From Dendrobates tinctorius (Eukaryota): a DNA stretch of 64,000 nt. Shown here piece after piece: positions 21,527 through 35,338 of the stretch. Position numbers and translations under genes: made by a program. Where the stretch lies: assembly GCF_039654945.1 (NCBI RefSeq), contig NW_027361766.1, positions 11,284,001-11,348,000 of the forward strand, read 5' to 3'. The notes beneath the pieces are model-generated. The model ran no database searches. It saw only the letters and a program-made list of their open reading frames with translations, and was not told where the DNA came from. Each line of letters starts with the position of its first letter. The stretch's first letter is position 1.

Positions 21527-24472
21527 ATGGAGGAATTGGAGTTAATGTTGTTGGAACATAATTATGACATGGTTGGGATATCTGAGACATGGCTGGACGA
21601 GAGCCACGACTGGGCGGTTAATTTACAGGGCTATTGTCTGTTCAGAAATGACCGAACAAATAAGCGAGGGGGAGACGTGTGTTTATATGTAAAATCATCC
21701 TTAAAACCCATCCTTCGTGATAATATATATGAATCTAATGAAAATGTAGAGTCCCTGTGGGTAGAGATAAGGGGAGGGGGGAAAAATAATAAATTACTGA
21801 TAGGGGTTTGTTATAAGTCTCCAAAAATAATGGAAGCAACAGAGAATATCCTCATAAAGCAAATAGATGAAGCTGCGACTCAAGGAGAAGTCATTATTAT
21901 GGGGGACTTCAACTACCCTGAAATACATTGGGGAACAGAAACCTGCAGTTCCTGCAAAGGTAATAGGTTTTTGACTACTATGAGAGACAATTACCTTTCA
22001 CAACTGGTTCAGGACCCAACAAGAGGGGGGGCACTGCTAGACCTAATATTAACCAACAGGCCAGACCGCATATCAAATGTAAGGGTTGGGGGTCACTTGG
22101 GTAACAGTGATCACAAATTAATAAGTTTTCATGTATCCTTTAATAAGATGTGTAGTAGAGGGGTTACAAGGACACTAAACTTCAGGAAAGCAAATTTCCA
22201 ACGGATGAGAGATGATCTTGGTGGAATTAACTGGGACGATATCCTGAGACCTAAAAATACACAAAGAAAATGGGAGACGTTTATTAGCATCCTGAATAGG
22301 ACCTGTGCACAATATATACCGTATGGGAATAAACATGCGAGAAATAGGAAGAAACCACTATGGCTAAATAGAGCTGTAAGGGGCGCAATAAGGGACAAAA
22401 ATAAAGCATTTAGCGAATTAAAGCAAATAGGTAGTGATGAGGCATTAACTAAATACAGAAGATTAAATAAATTCTGTAAAAAGCAAATCAAGACAGCAAA
22501 GATTGAGACAGAGAGACTCATTGCCAGAGAAAGTAAAAATAATCCCAAAATATTCTTTAACTACATAAATAGTAAGAAACTAAAAAATGATAGTGTTGGC
22601 CCCCTTAAAAATAGTCTGGGTGAAATGGTGGAGGAGGATGAGGAAAAAGCCAATATGCTAAATGACTTTTTTGCAACAGTGTTTACACAAGAAAATCCCA
22701 TGACGGATAACATGATCAGGGATAAAAATTCTCTGTTAAATGTCACCTGCTTAACCCAGCAGGAAGTACGGCGGCGTCTACAAATCACTAAAATTGACAA
22801 ATCCCCGGGCCCGGATGGGATACACCCCCGAGTACTGCAGGAATCAAGCACAGTCATAGATAGACCATTATTTTTAATCTTTAAAGATTCCATAATAACA
22901 GGGTCTGTACCACAGGACTGGCGTATAGCAAATGTGGTGCCAATATTCAAAAAGGGGACAAAAACTGAACTTGGAAATTATAGGCCAGTAAGTTTAACCT
23001 CAACTGTGGGTAAAATCCTGGAGGGTTTTCTAAGAGATACTATACTGGAGTATGTGGAGATGAATAACCTCATGACCCAATATCAACATGGGTTTACAAG
23101 GGACCGTTCCTGTCAGACTAATCTGATAAGCTTTTATGAAGAGGTAAGTTCCGGACTGGACCAAGGGAATGCAGTGGATGTGGTGTACATGGACTTTTCA
23201 AAAGCTTTTGATACGGTGCCACACAAAAGGTTGATACATAAAATGAGAACAATGGGGATAGGGGAAAATATGTGTAGGTGGGTTAAGAGCTGGCTCAGGG
23301 ATAGGAAACAAAGGGTGGTTATTAATGGAGCACACTCAGACTGGGTCACGGTTAGCAGTGGGGTACCACAGGGGTCAGTTTTGGGCCCGCTTCTTTTTAA
23401 CATATTTATTAATGACCTTGTAGGGGGCATAGAGAGTAGAATTTCAATATTTGCAGATGACACTAAACTCTGCAGGGTAATCAATACAGAGGAGGACAAT
23501 TTTATATTACTGGAGGATTTATGTAAACTAGAAGCTTGGGCTGATAAATGGCAAATGAGCTTTAATGGGGATAAATGTAAGGTCATGCACTTGGGTAGAA
23601 CGAACAAGATGTATAATTATGTGCTTAATTGTAAAACACTGGGCAAAACAGTCACTGAAAAAGACCTGGGTGTATGGGTGGACGACAAACTCACATTTAG
23701 CGGCCAGTGTCAGGCAGCTGCTGCAAAGGCAAATAAAATAATGGGATGCATTAAAGGAGGCATAGATGCTCATGAGGAGAACATAATTTTACCTCTATAT
23801 AAGTCACTAGTGCGACCACACTTAGAATACTGTGTACAGTTCTGGTCTCCAGTGTATAAGAAAGACTGAATAGCTGAACTGGAGCGGGTGCAGAGAAGAG
23901 CGACCAAGGTTATTAGGGAACTAGGGGGTCTGCAATACCAAGACAGGTTATTACATTTGGGGTTATTTAGTTTGGAGAATCGAAGGCTTAGGGGTGATCT
24001 TATTACAACGTACAAATATATGCGGGAACAATACAAAGACCTTTCTAATGATCTTTTTACTCTTAGACCTGTGACGGGGACAAGGGGGCATCCTCTACGT
24101 CTGGAGGACAGACGCGGATTCTTTACTGTAAGAGCAGTGAGACTATGGAACTCTCTGCCATATGATGTTGTAATGAGTGATTCCCTACTAAAATTTAAGA
24201 AGGCACTGGATGCCTTTCTTGAAAAGTATAATATTACAGGGTATATACACTAGTTTCCTTAATATTGCGTTGATCCAGGGAGCAAGTCTGATTGCCGTAT
24301 GTGGAGTCAGGAAGGAATTTTTTTCCCCAATGTGAAGCTTACTTGTTGCCACATGGGTTTTTTTTGCCTTCCTCTGGATCAACATGTTAGGGCAAGTTAG
24401 GATAGGATATGGGTTGAACTAGATGGACTTAAAATCTCCCTTCAACCTTAATAACTGTTACTATGTTACTAT
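21527..24472 (+). mobile_element. CR1 LINE, 5'-truncated, nearly intact ORF2 (APE endonuclease + RT)
   Basis: 780-aa ORF 21527-23869 (GISETW, MGDFN, SDH, GVPQGSVLGP, FADD) continues in frame to 24253 after one TGA; 3' tail (gttactat)n. Confidence 0.95.
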
Positions 24473-24497
24473 TTTTTTATGTAAATATATACTTGCC

Positions 24498-24960
24498 TTA
24501 AAGGGAACCTGTCACCTCCCCAAGGGCGTAAAATAGCCCAAGTAAAATAGCCACCTTCAGCAGCACTAAGGCTGCATTCTGTGAAGGTGGCTGTTACGTT
24601 TCTGATCCCTAGTAATGCTGAAATAATGACTTTTATAAATTCCCCGCCATACTTCTATTGTGTCCCACAGGTATGTTTTGTCCCCCTGTGTCAACCGCCT
24701 CAGAGCCGTCAGTCATCTCCCTCTTGCGTCTGGGCGCCACATGCTGTGTTCCTGTAACATGTCCGGTGCCTTCGCTCTGCCAACAGTTCTCGGGCATGCG
24801 CTGTGCACGCTGCCCAGGAAGTTACATCAGGTGATGATGTAATGCAATATCTCCTGTGTGAAGCGGAGGCCACAGATCCCGCCCCGCAGTGTTATGATGT
24901 ATTCACACTGCTGGGCTGGGAATCTGGCGCCTGCGCAGTGGGGATCTTTCTCTGCGCCTG
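24498..24960. mobile_element. Kolobok/T2-like MITE, partial
   Basis: ttaa+agggaacctgtcacc terminus; right end not found. Confidence 0.45.
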
Positions 24961-25489
24961 TCCCCATCTCCCTCCTCCTCTTTCCTCCACTGTTATACGT
25001 TGGCACTCGGCAGCGTCTTGGTGTTATCCTTTCTGATGTGTTGCGGTGTTCACCAATATGCGGGCTGCTGAGTTTAAAGTGAGTTGTTTTATCCCTGTAA
25101 AGGCCTTGCATCCAAGGTGGTGAAGTCTTTCCGCTCACGTCTGTGTCAGTTACATAGAATTTTGGTCGGGTATTTAAGGTGTTCAATAGTGCCAAGTCTC
25201 AGCTGCTACTTACATTCTCTGTAATTGGCTGCAGCGTTGACTTGGCATAGACAGCGAATAGGTGACCAGAGTTTCTTGCGTTGTCTGCTCGGCAGAGCGG
25301 CCGAGCTCAGTTACTAGCTGCAGTACTGTCGACATAACATGAGGGTTAAAGTCAGTAACATACACCAGAAGCAGCAGATTTTACCCAGTAGGATGAATAA
25401 CAGTGTTTTTTTATTTTGTTTTGTTTGCTTGTTAAAAAAAAAAAAATCAATATCATATCTGTAATCTAAGATTTTCCTACAGTTTAAAG

Positions 25490-28348
25490 CAGGGGACTCA
25501 AACTCAATTTACCCGGGGGCCGCTGGAGGTAAAATCTGGGTGAGGCTGGGCCGCATCAGGTTTTCCACAAGAAAAGCTCTTACTAAAACATTCCAATGTT
25601 ATCAAATGTCTTTATTTTTTCATCTTATTTTGTGTTAAAAATAAAAATTAACAGAATCATAAGAAAAAAATAAATCAATCAGTAATAAATTGAAAATGAT
25701 AATACAGCAGATATGGAAGACTGAAGAAACCACATATAGTTGCTGACTAGAGAAATGTTATTTTTATTATTATTATTCAGATGTCTGTATTAACAGTTCT
25801 TTAACATTTAACTTTCTGAACATGAATGGAACATTGAACATAAACTGTTTTGAACATGGCTTCTTCTGCCTACTTCTTGCTGCTAGAGATCTGGCAGCGC
25901 CTACTCTCGCATAGCCGAGCCACATTTGGCTTAAGGGAGGAAGCAGTTGAGACCCTCAGTAGGGCTTGAAGATGCTCATCAGTAAGTCTGGACCTGTACT
26001 TGGACTTATTGAAGTTCAAGGTAGAGAAGAGCTTTTCGCACAAGTTTGTGCTCCCAAAAAGACACATGGTCCGCTTGAACATTCAGGAGAGCTCAGGGAA
26101 GCTGGGGGGCAATTCTCTCAAAAATTGCCCGAGCTTGTCTGCTTTTCCACTCACCTCCCTGAACTTGGCTTTGAGTTCAGAGTTGCACTGCAGGTCAATG
26201 AGCTCCATTTGAAGCACAGGAGGGGCATCTTGCACATCAAAGGAGAAGGGGTCCGCAAAAATTTGAAATGTGGCTCTGTGCATCTTGAAGTCTGCAAATC
26301 TGTGATCAAATTCCTCCTGTAGCTTCAATTTGACATCCATATACTCCTCACCACTGAATGGTGTGCCTGCTTCCATGAGTGCCTTGCATGATGGAAAATG
26401 GCAGAGGTTTGTCTGAGAAAGCTGGGCTTTCCATAACATAAGTTTTGTAGAGAATGCTCTTACGTTGTCATAGGCGGCACTGACAAGTTGCCCCTGGCCT
26501 TGTAACTTCTTGTTCAGTACATTAAGCTCATGTGTGATATCAACAAAAAAAGCTAAGTCCATGAGCCATTTTGGATCACTTAGCACAGGAACAGCAGCCC
26601 CATCTTTCTCCATGAAGGCTTTCACTTCAGCTCTCAACTCAAAATCTCTTCAGTATGTTTCCCCTGCTGAGCCAACGTACCTCGGTGAAGTAGAGCACAT
26701 CCCCATATTCTGACTCCATTTCCTCTAAAAAAGCACGAAACCTGTGGTTTAAGCCCTTGGATCTGATTTGGTTGATGCATTTCACAACGAAAGACATCAC
26801 ATTGTCAAGCTTCAGGCATTTGCTGTAAAGGGCCTGCTGATGGATAATGCAGGGCAGAGCAATGACCTCCTCCACACCTTCCTCTTCCAGTTTTTTTTTA
26901 ACAAGTGCCACCAGTCCATTTTTCCTCCCTGTCATTGATGGAGCTCCATCAGTTGTTATTCCAGCAAACCTCCTCCAAGGTAAACCGGCATTCTCAATGG
27001 CATCACACAGCTGGTGAAATATCTCGTGAGCGGTGGTCTGGCCATGCATTGGAATCACTGTGAGCAACTCCACTATGACTTCAAAATTGTCATCAACACC
27101 ACGGACATAGATTGCGAGCTGGGCAGTGTCGGTGATGTCTGTGGTCTCATCAAGAGTGACTGAGTATACACGGAAACATTTTGCTTTCTCACAGTTGATC
27201 ATAAATGTCACTTGACAGGTCAGAAATGCGCTCTGCTACGGTGTTGGCAGAAAGGCTGATGTTGCTAAACTGACCTTTCTTTTCTGGACAGACACTACTT
27301 GCAGCCTGTAATATGCACTTTTTTTTTACAAATTCACCTTCTTTGAATGGCTTTCCTGCTTTAGCAATCATTTCACTAACCACGTAGCTAGCTTCGACTG
27401 CTGCATCATTCTCTTTGGTTGCTTTCTTAAAGAAATCTTGTTGCCTCAGTAGATATCTTTTAAGATTAGCAACCTGGTTGTCTCTTTCATCTCCCTGGTA
27501 TTTTGCATACTCCTCAGCATGTCTACTTATGACGTTTCAAATTGTATTCTTTGTGCACTGCAACTTTCTCTGTGCAAATAAGACACGTCGGGATGAACCC
27601 TGTGCTCAACAAAGAAATATTGCACTTCCCACTTTTCCTGAAATTGTCTGTGCTCATCACCAACCTTTCTCTTCACTGCAGGCTTTGAAAAAGAGATGTT
27701 TGGGGCTGTGTAATAGATAATTCCACTTGGTGTCACTGTTTCAGTGTTAGCCATTGCGTCTTTTCCGCTCTTTTTTTCTGTCCCTCTGAGCAGCAATTTC
27801 CGTGGCCGCCTCCGCTTCTGAGCCCGGGGTAATGGCACAAGTTCGCAATAGGGCCGGCTGATGTCCCGCCTCTGAGAGCAATATTCCGCCCTGCCCCACC
27901 GCTCATTCTGAACCCGGCGCACCTGAGTCTCTGGCGCGGTCCGGTCCCTGCTCCGCTGCTCCTGCTGCATGTGTTGTGAGTGTGACTCATACGCCTTGCC
28001 TGCTGACAGCAGGCTGCTGTGACTGTCTAGCCATCATCATGCTCACCTCCTCCTGCTGCAGCTCCGATGGTCCAGTGCCGACATCTTACTGTATGAGTGC
28101 GCGGTCACACGTCACGTGGTACCGCTCATTAAGCTCATGAATATGGGTGCCATAGAGTGGAGTGGCACCCATATTCATGACCTTAATGAGCGGTACTACG
28201 TGTGACTGGGATTTCGCATGCGAGACTCGGCCATGTTTCTAGCATGTGTGATCCCGGCCGAGGTGAGGGCCGCAAACTATTGTCCCGAGAGCCCATGAGG
28301 TGAGGGCCGCAAACTATTGTCCCGAGGGCCGCGAGTTTGAGACCCCTG
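25490..28348 (-). mobile_element. hAT Charlie/Buster-type transposon with a disrupted transposase
   Basis: TIRs caggggactcaaactc / gagtttgagacccctg; TSD gtttaaag/ctttaaag; ORF pieces KRKV..RQFQEKWE, LDETTDITDTAQL, TTDGAPSM, CIIHQ, EVRWLSRG, FGSTNLCEKLFS. Confidence 0.93.
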
Positions 28349-28354
28349 CTTTAA

Positions 28355-28903
28355 AGGGAACCTGTCAGCAGGATTGTGCACAGTAACCTTCAGACAGTGT
28401 CAGGTAGGTGCTGTAATACTAATTACAGTGGTACCTTGGTTGATGAAATCTGTCTTGTGGCTGTTTAACCTTTATTTTCAGTTTTGCGTTAATGATGTAC
28501 CTCTGCCCCGGGGTGTCCTGTGGGGGGGTCTTTATGTGGCGCTCTGATTAGATATTCATCTGTATGTCTTCTGACAGGTCACTGATCCCTCACTCAAGCA
28601 AAAAACTGATCCCTCACTGACCTGCCCCCTATTTTATGGCGATGTCTGCTACTGCATCGGTGGCGCCGTCTTGGAGGAGACTTTTTTTTTTTTTAATGAA
28701 TTTACTTATATCATCAAATAAAACAGTTACACATTACACATGCGATCATGCTGCAGCACTAGCATATCATTAACTGAAAGTAAAGGTTATACAACAACCA
28801 CTAGACGGATTTCATCACCCCAGGTATCATCATACTCAGTGTCAGGTCGGCGCCGTTATACTATCTGTAGGTTACTGTGCACAATTCTGCTGACAGGTTC
28901 CCT
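28355..28903. mobile_element. Kolobok/T2-family MITE
   Basis: Near-perfect ~35-bp TIR agggaacctgtcagcaggattgtgcacagtaacct; TTAA on both sides. Confidence 0.85.
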
Positions 28904-31535
28904 TTAAGGAGCACTTCAGTTATATGCATGCATGTGCCATTGTGTGTGCTCCGCTGTTGTATGGAAGGAACATGCCTTCAGAGCAGCATTGTCGTTGTCG
29001 GACGCACATACCTGATTTACGCGGGGCATCGTGGTGCCAATATCTATCATTTTTATGCTGGCACAAACAATCTGATCACCCAGCAAATGAGCATTGTGCT
29101 TGTTTTTGTGTGTTTGAGGCTTGTTTACGCCTGATGATCAGGAAAGCTCGTTTTCTGATTATCGGCTCCTCCAGAATGGGCCCTTAGTATTCTGGATGCC
29201 CTGGCGAGGTAATACAATAATCGTGAAGTTCATTGTGCAAGCATTTTTTTTTTTTTTTTTTTTTTTTAGCAAAGTCATCTGCTGTTCTCACAGTTCAGCT
29301 ATATCAACGGAGCAGGGAAATTTTGTGCTATTGACAAACCACTATTAACACTTATCGAGAAATATGTTCTATTTTACCTTAAAGACAGATCCTTAAACCT
29401 AGAAAAGTATCGCCCACACAAAAAAAGTATATTTGCATTTACGTTTAATTGTTTTTTTCCTTTGTTGAAGTCATGTATGCACTTCTTTACGTTATAATCC
29501 AACGATGCTGTTTGCACTATGATAGCCGCACTTATCTAGGGCGGCTTGTAATAAAGATTGTGAACTTTGTAATACTTGTACTTTGTTACCATCTTGTAGT
29601 GATTTCTTAATGTATCTTTTATGTTGTGCTTCAAGTACCATGAATTAAGACTACAATGTTCAGTATATGAAGAAGCATTTTAGTTCTACCACTGGGTACA
29701 ACATGGAAAGGAAAGCTCATTGCCCTATTCATGTAATCCTTTTTTTATACGTAGTATATGGTTTGCTTCAAAATGATATCATGTAATTCAGAACATTCCA
29801 TGTAGGATGGTCCAGGATTTACCCCCCCAAAAAAAAGAAATTTTTAAAGTGATCTTCTATCTGTAAACCAGGATTTGGGAACCTTTTATACAGGATAAGG
29901 CTTCATGCAGACATCCGTGCTTCATGCACATGTTATATCAGAACACATACCCGTTATAACCCATGGGATGCTTAATGTGTTTATTTATAATTTTTTTTGC
30001 GCAAAAGTCAGTATTTGATACGACCCACAAATCCAAGTCTCCTGTAGAATTCAGTTGGTCTGTGAAAAAGCTTTCCATTTTTTTTTTAAATTTTTTTACA
30101 TATGAGTAAGTAGCCAGTAGTGATGGGGGAAAAAATGGAGATACTGATGAATAACTGCTTCAAAATACTGATGAAAAGTTTGTACTTGATCATTTTTCTG
30201 CAAGAATGTGTTCAACGCTCATGTAAACAGGGATGTACTGCTGAGAACAATGAACGGTGTGGTATATAATGAAAATAAACTAGCGTCAATTAATTTTGTA
30301 TATTGTTAGTCTGTACTACTTGTTGGCAGTTGTTTTTTTTTCTGTAGGCCTTTGTAAAATGACAGCCATACCCATTAGATGGATTTTAGCCGATCGATGG
30401 TTTGGCTGGCAGCCATCTTGGTCATCTCTCCCATACACAGGAGCGCATCGGTGTCCTTTGAGTGAGCTGCGCCAGGTGGTGGTTGGGAGAACAAAAGGAT
30501 TGGTAGTACAAAACTGAACATGCCAGATTGTTAACTCCCCGACAGTTAATTGTCCAGCGCGTGTAACATAAAGTAACTGTTTTGGGTGAATTAGAAAATA
30601 GATAATTTAGACTAATTAAAAGAAAACCACGGTTTCTTAAGCAGCAGTCCTAAAGATAACATTTTACTGTAGATATGGAGTCCACAAACTCCACTTATCA
30701 AAAAAGTTATTGAAGGTTGTGACCTGTTTAACGCCATAAGTTTGATCTGCTTGTAAGCTTTGAGTCCCAAAGTAATCCAGAAAGAAGTAATTAGATGGAC
30801 CGTACTTTGTAGGTTGAAATGGTTTAGTTCAGACTTAATTGCAGATAGAACAAATTATGTGGGGGGGAAAAAAAGGTGACTTTTACTGACTTGTGGAATT
30901 TAAGATATGAATGTAAAAAATTTTTTGTACAATCAGTTTACTTTTGTGTTTTCATTTACAGCTACAGAATGTTAGGGGCTCTACATGGAAATGTGAAATT
31001 ATGGGAATAAGTATTAAGGGTTTTCCCAAAAGGGTAATTTACAGCTGTGATCCCTACTGATCAGTGATAAAGGGCTGCAGAGTCTGCACTCCCTCCCTCC
31101 GCAGTGTTGCGGTCTATACTGTACATACGTAAGGATGTTACCGGTTTCCATATCTAAGCTGTGAGCAGGCTTTGCCAACTGGTATTGGTTTTCGGTCACT
31201 GAAAGAAAGCCAAAATGTCTTCGTGCTTAGCAGCTGGACAACTCCAAGATGTATCTCCAGCCTTGATTTGTAAATCTCTGACCCAAGCTCATAACTGGAA
31301 TTAAACTTGAATCATTTGCAGCAATGTGCTCATATTTACAATATTTCAAGCCTTCTCCATGGTAAAAGCGCAGCACGTCTATTGATTTCTGCTGGCTCCT
31401 TTAAGATGAATGGGACAGTTATACAAATTTCCTGCGATAAATTCTGTCCCCTGAATTTGCGTGCTTTTTTTTTTTTTTTTTATGGAATGCCCATCTTACT
31501 TGGGTTATTTCTCTTTACTTGTTTTTTTTCTTTAG

Positions 31536-31718
<183 letters not shown>

Positions 31719-32408
31719 TAGCACTGACTAGCTTCAATCAAGCGTATTTTGGGCGCATTTATGTGCCCGTGTGCATGCAAGGCCTGGCCTGGATGCAGAT
31801 CTAAGGACCCTAGCTAACTGCTCTGTAGATCCTTACGTAGCTGTCAGTCGAGTTTATTAGATCCATGGTTTGGCTTGGACTTGGGTGTGTAATATAAGCC
31901 ATGATAGGTTCATCTGAAACTTGCGTAATTGAGGTGCAAAGAAAACAAAGCTCACAACACTAAATGTAGGCTATGTTCACACTGGTATCATGACTTTTGT
32001 TTGTAATGTAAACTATGACACTGCTGAACCCATCCAATTATAGCTTCCGATACTGCTTTGGCCACCAGTTGGGAACGTTTCTCGTTGTGGAGACTTCCAA
32101 GCCAATCCTATGACTTATAATAGGTTTTTTTAGGTTCCCTTTAGAAGCATAAAAGCCATACTATCACTTTAACAAACTTGCAATATGTCAGAACTTCCTT
32201 TTTCATTTCTGGTCAACTCTCTTCCAAGAGCGAAGCAAGTCCTACTAAGTCTATGGAGACTGTCCATCACTTGTTCGACTTTACAAGTAAAGACTTTCAG
32301 TAACGAAAGGGCAAGGTTGAATCCATCTGCCCCTTCATTTTTCTCATTTCTTGAATCCATGTCTTTTTTCTTGCTTTGAAATGTAGCTCTTTTAGACTTG
32401 GAGTATGA

Positions 32409-32600
<192 letters not shown>

Positions 32601-32770
32601 TAGGGATCTAGACCTAAAACTTGCCTATTGTTACAAAAAGAAATTGCCCCCCACATCCCTAACTGCAGGAAGCTATACATGGAGTACAACCAGAAATCTC
32701 TTATTTTCCATCTTTTCCTCCTCACTGCATAATTTATGTAATGGTTTATGTTCACTCCATGCTTGCTGAT

Positions 32771-33069
32771 TAGTGATGAGCGAACGTGCTCTGATAAGGT
32801 GTTATCCAAGCAATCTCGGGTGCTAACCGTGTGACTTTGTTACGCTCGAATAATATATTCGAGTCCCCGTGCCTGCATGTCTTTACAACAGCTGCAACAC
32901 GTACAGGGATTGCCTAACAAACAAAATCCTTGCATGTAATGCAGCTGTCGGACAGCAACGAGATATGCAGCCATGGGGACTCGAACATCTTTTTTGAGCC
33001 TTCTGAAGACACTGTTAGCACACGAGCATGCTCAGAAAACCCCTATCTGAGCTTGTTCGCTCATCACTA
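32771..33069. mobile_element. hAT-type MITE
   Basis: TIRs tagtgatgagcgaac / gttcgctcatcacta; perfect 8-bp TSD ttgctgat. Confidence 0.88.
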
Positions 33070-33486
33070 TTGCTGATGATGGCGTATCTCTTCTTGCACT
33101 CTCACACATTGACTCGTATTCTCACCTACTTATTTGTACGCAGTCAGGTGCCCTGTACGCTGATACCAGCTCTTCCTCCCCTCTCGCAGCGCACACTCAC
33201 TGCAGGAAAGCAGCTGCACCAACGTCACCTTCTATTTGTTTAGCATTAAATGTTGTCTGGCCTTGGGGTACAAGTCTGCAGTCAGAGTGAAGTGCATGCT
33301 GTGAGCATTCTCCAGTAGCCGGTGGTCATGCAATTTACATACTTCCGACCACATTCCGATTAGACTCATCCGGCCTCGCTCAATACATTTGCGATGAGCC
33401 AAGCCACACCCATATAGTTGGCATGTGACCACCTGTATAAATAAGCTACTTGCGGTTATGGGCCCACCGACACCAGAGAATCCTTA

Positions 33487-33865
33487 GGCTAGTTTCACAC
33501 TAGCGTTTCCTGGAGCTGCGCACGGCCGCCACTAAGCTTCGCCCTCTGCCACGCCCCCTCCGGTCAATGCTGCATGCGACCTGCGTCCCCTATATTTAGC
33601 GTTGGGTACGCAGGCCATGCGCCGGTATGCTTTGGCGGCGCTGCGCCAAACGCACCGTATTGCATTTTAGTGCGCTCAGCATAGCGCCAAAAGGGCGCAT
33701 GCGCCGGAAAAAGCATACCAGTGCATGGCCTGCGTACCTAACGCTAAATATAGTGGACACAGCGTCATGCGCCCATAGGAGGAGATGACCGGAGGGGGCA
33801 CGGCAGGGGGTGGAGCTTAGCGGCGGCCGTGCGCAGCTCCAGGAAACGCTAGTGTGAAACTAGCC
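33487..33865. mobile_element. Harbinger-like fold-back MITE
   Basis: Perfect TIR over 40 bp (ggctagtttcacactagcgtttcctggagctgcgcacggccgcc); TTA TSD. Confidence 0.9.
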
Positions 33866-34226
33866 TTACTGCGCACAGTGAATCCTAAGGCTGGACAATC
33901 CCATTAACTGCGGATAATCTTATTGTAAATTAATAAGTTCTTAATTTAAAGTTGCTCAACACAAACAAGAAAACCCTCTGTCCCCTGAAAATGAATCTGC
34001 ACCTTCAGACAGCTGGTATCAGGAGGCGACTGTAGTCTTCCCTGCAGGAATGCTATCGTTTTATTAGCTGGCAGAAGGTCACGCATTCTAACCCTTGATA
34101 CATGTTTTCTATGAGTATGTCCCCCTCATTTATTTCAAGGCTTCATGTTGTGTGATTTCCCAGCCCTATTTATAGTTTGTTCTTGCTTGCTTACATTTTT
34201 ATAAATTGCTTTTCCTGGCTGTTTGA

Positions 34227-34367
<141 letters not shown>

Positions 34368-34450
34368 TAAATATATAACTAAATTATATGTGTACTTTTT
34401 AGGTCTTGTTACATACAGAGCTGTAAAGAATTTAGAGTAGATATTTTCAT

Positions 34451-34852
34451 TTAAAGAGGTTGTCTAGTACGGACAACACCTTCTTAAATACTATATTTGT
34501 CCTTTTTGTTAAATTAAAAAAAAAAAATCACACCATATGCTCACCTCTCATTCTGGCGCTGTTGCCGAGACTTTGATGCTGGGTCTCTCAGGCATGCCTA
34601 ACATTTCTCTGCAACCAGTCAGCAGTCACTATTGGACTGCAGCGGCCAAACCTGTCCCCGTCCATCTGAGGTTCATCAAAGGGCAGTAAGAGCAGCTCAG
34701 TAGTGGCTGCTGATTGGCTGCAGGGCTTATATGGCCTTACAATGTCATGCGAAGCGCAAGAGACCTGGCACTGACATCGCTGGAATGGCACCTGTATGTG
34801 TTTTTATTTTACAAGGGGGAATATAGTATCTAAGGGGTTGTCCTAGTAGTGA
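34451..34852. mobile_element. Kolobok/T2-like MITE, degenerate
   Basis: ttaaagaggttgtctagtacggacaacaccttctt ... aaggggttgtcctagtagtg. Confidence 0.5.
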
Positions 34853-34919
34853 ATTAGTACTACTTTGTTTTAGCTATAGAAAGCTGTTAGTATCTCATCA
34901 TTTAATAGTTTGTTTTTTA

Positions 34920-35338
34920 ATATTATTATTGTGCCATTTATTCCATGGCACTTTACATGAGGAAGGGTATACATAATAAAAAAACAAGTACAGTAATCCT
35001 GAACAATACAAGTCACGACTGGTACAGGATGAGAGAGGACCCTGCCTGCGAGGGCTCACAATCTACAAGGGATGGGTGAGGGTAGAGCTGGTCGTGCAGC
35101 GGTTTGGTGGATCGGTGGTTACTGCAGGTTGTAGGCTTGTCGGAAGAGGTAGGTTTTCAGGTTCCTTTTGAAGGTTTCCATGGTAGGCGAGAGTCTGATA
35201 TGTTGGGGTAGAGCATTCCAGAGTAGGGGGGATGCATGGGAGAAAGCTAGTGTGCGACTGTGGGAAGAAAACATAAGAGGGAGTAGAGAAGAAGATCTTG
35301 TGAGAATTGGAGGTTGCGTATAGGGAAGTATCGGGAGA
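34920..35338 (-). mobile_element. L2-type LINE 3' end
   Basis: ORF2 C-terminus FSHASPLLWNALP..IR....FKRNLKTYLF; 3' tail ending in (aat)n on the minus strand. Confidence 0.8.
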
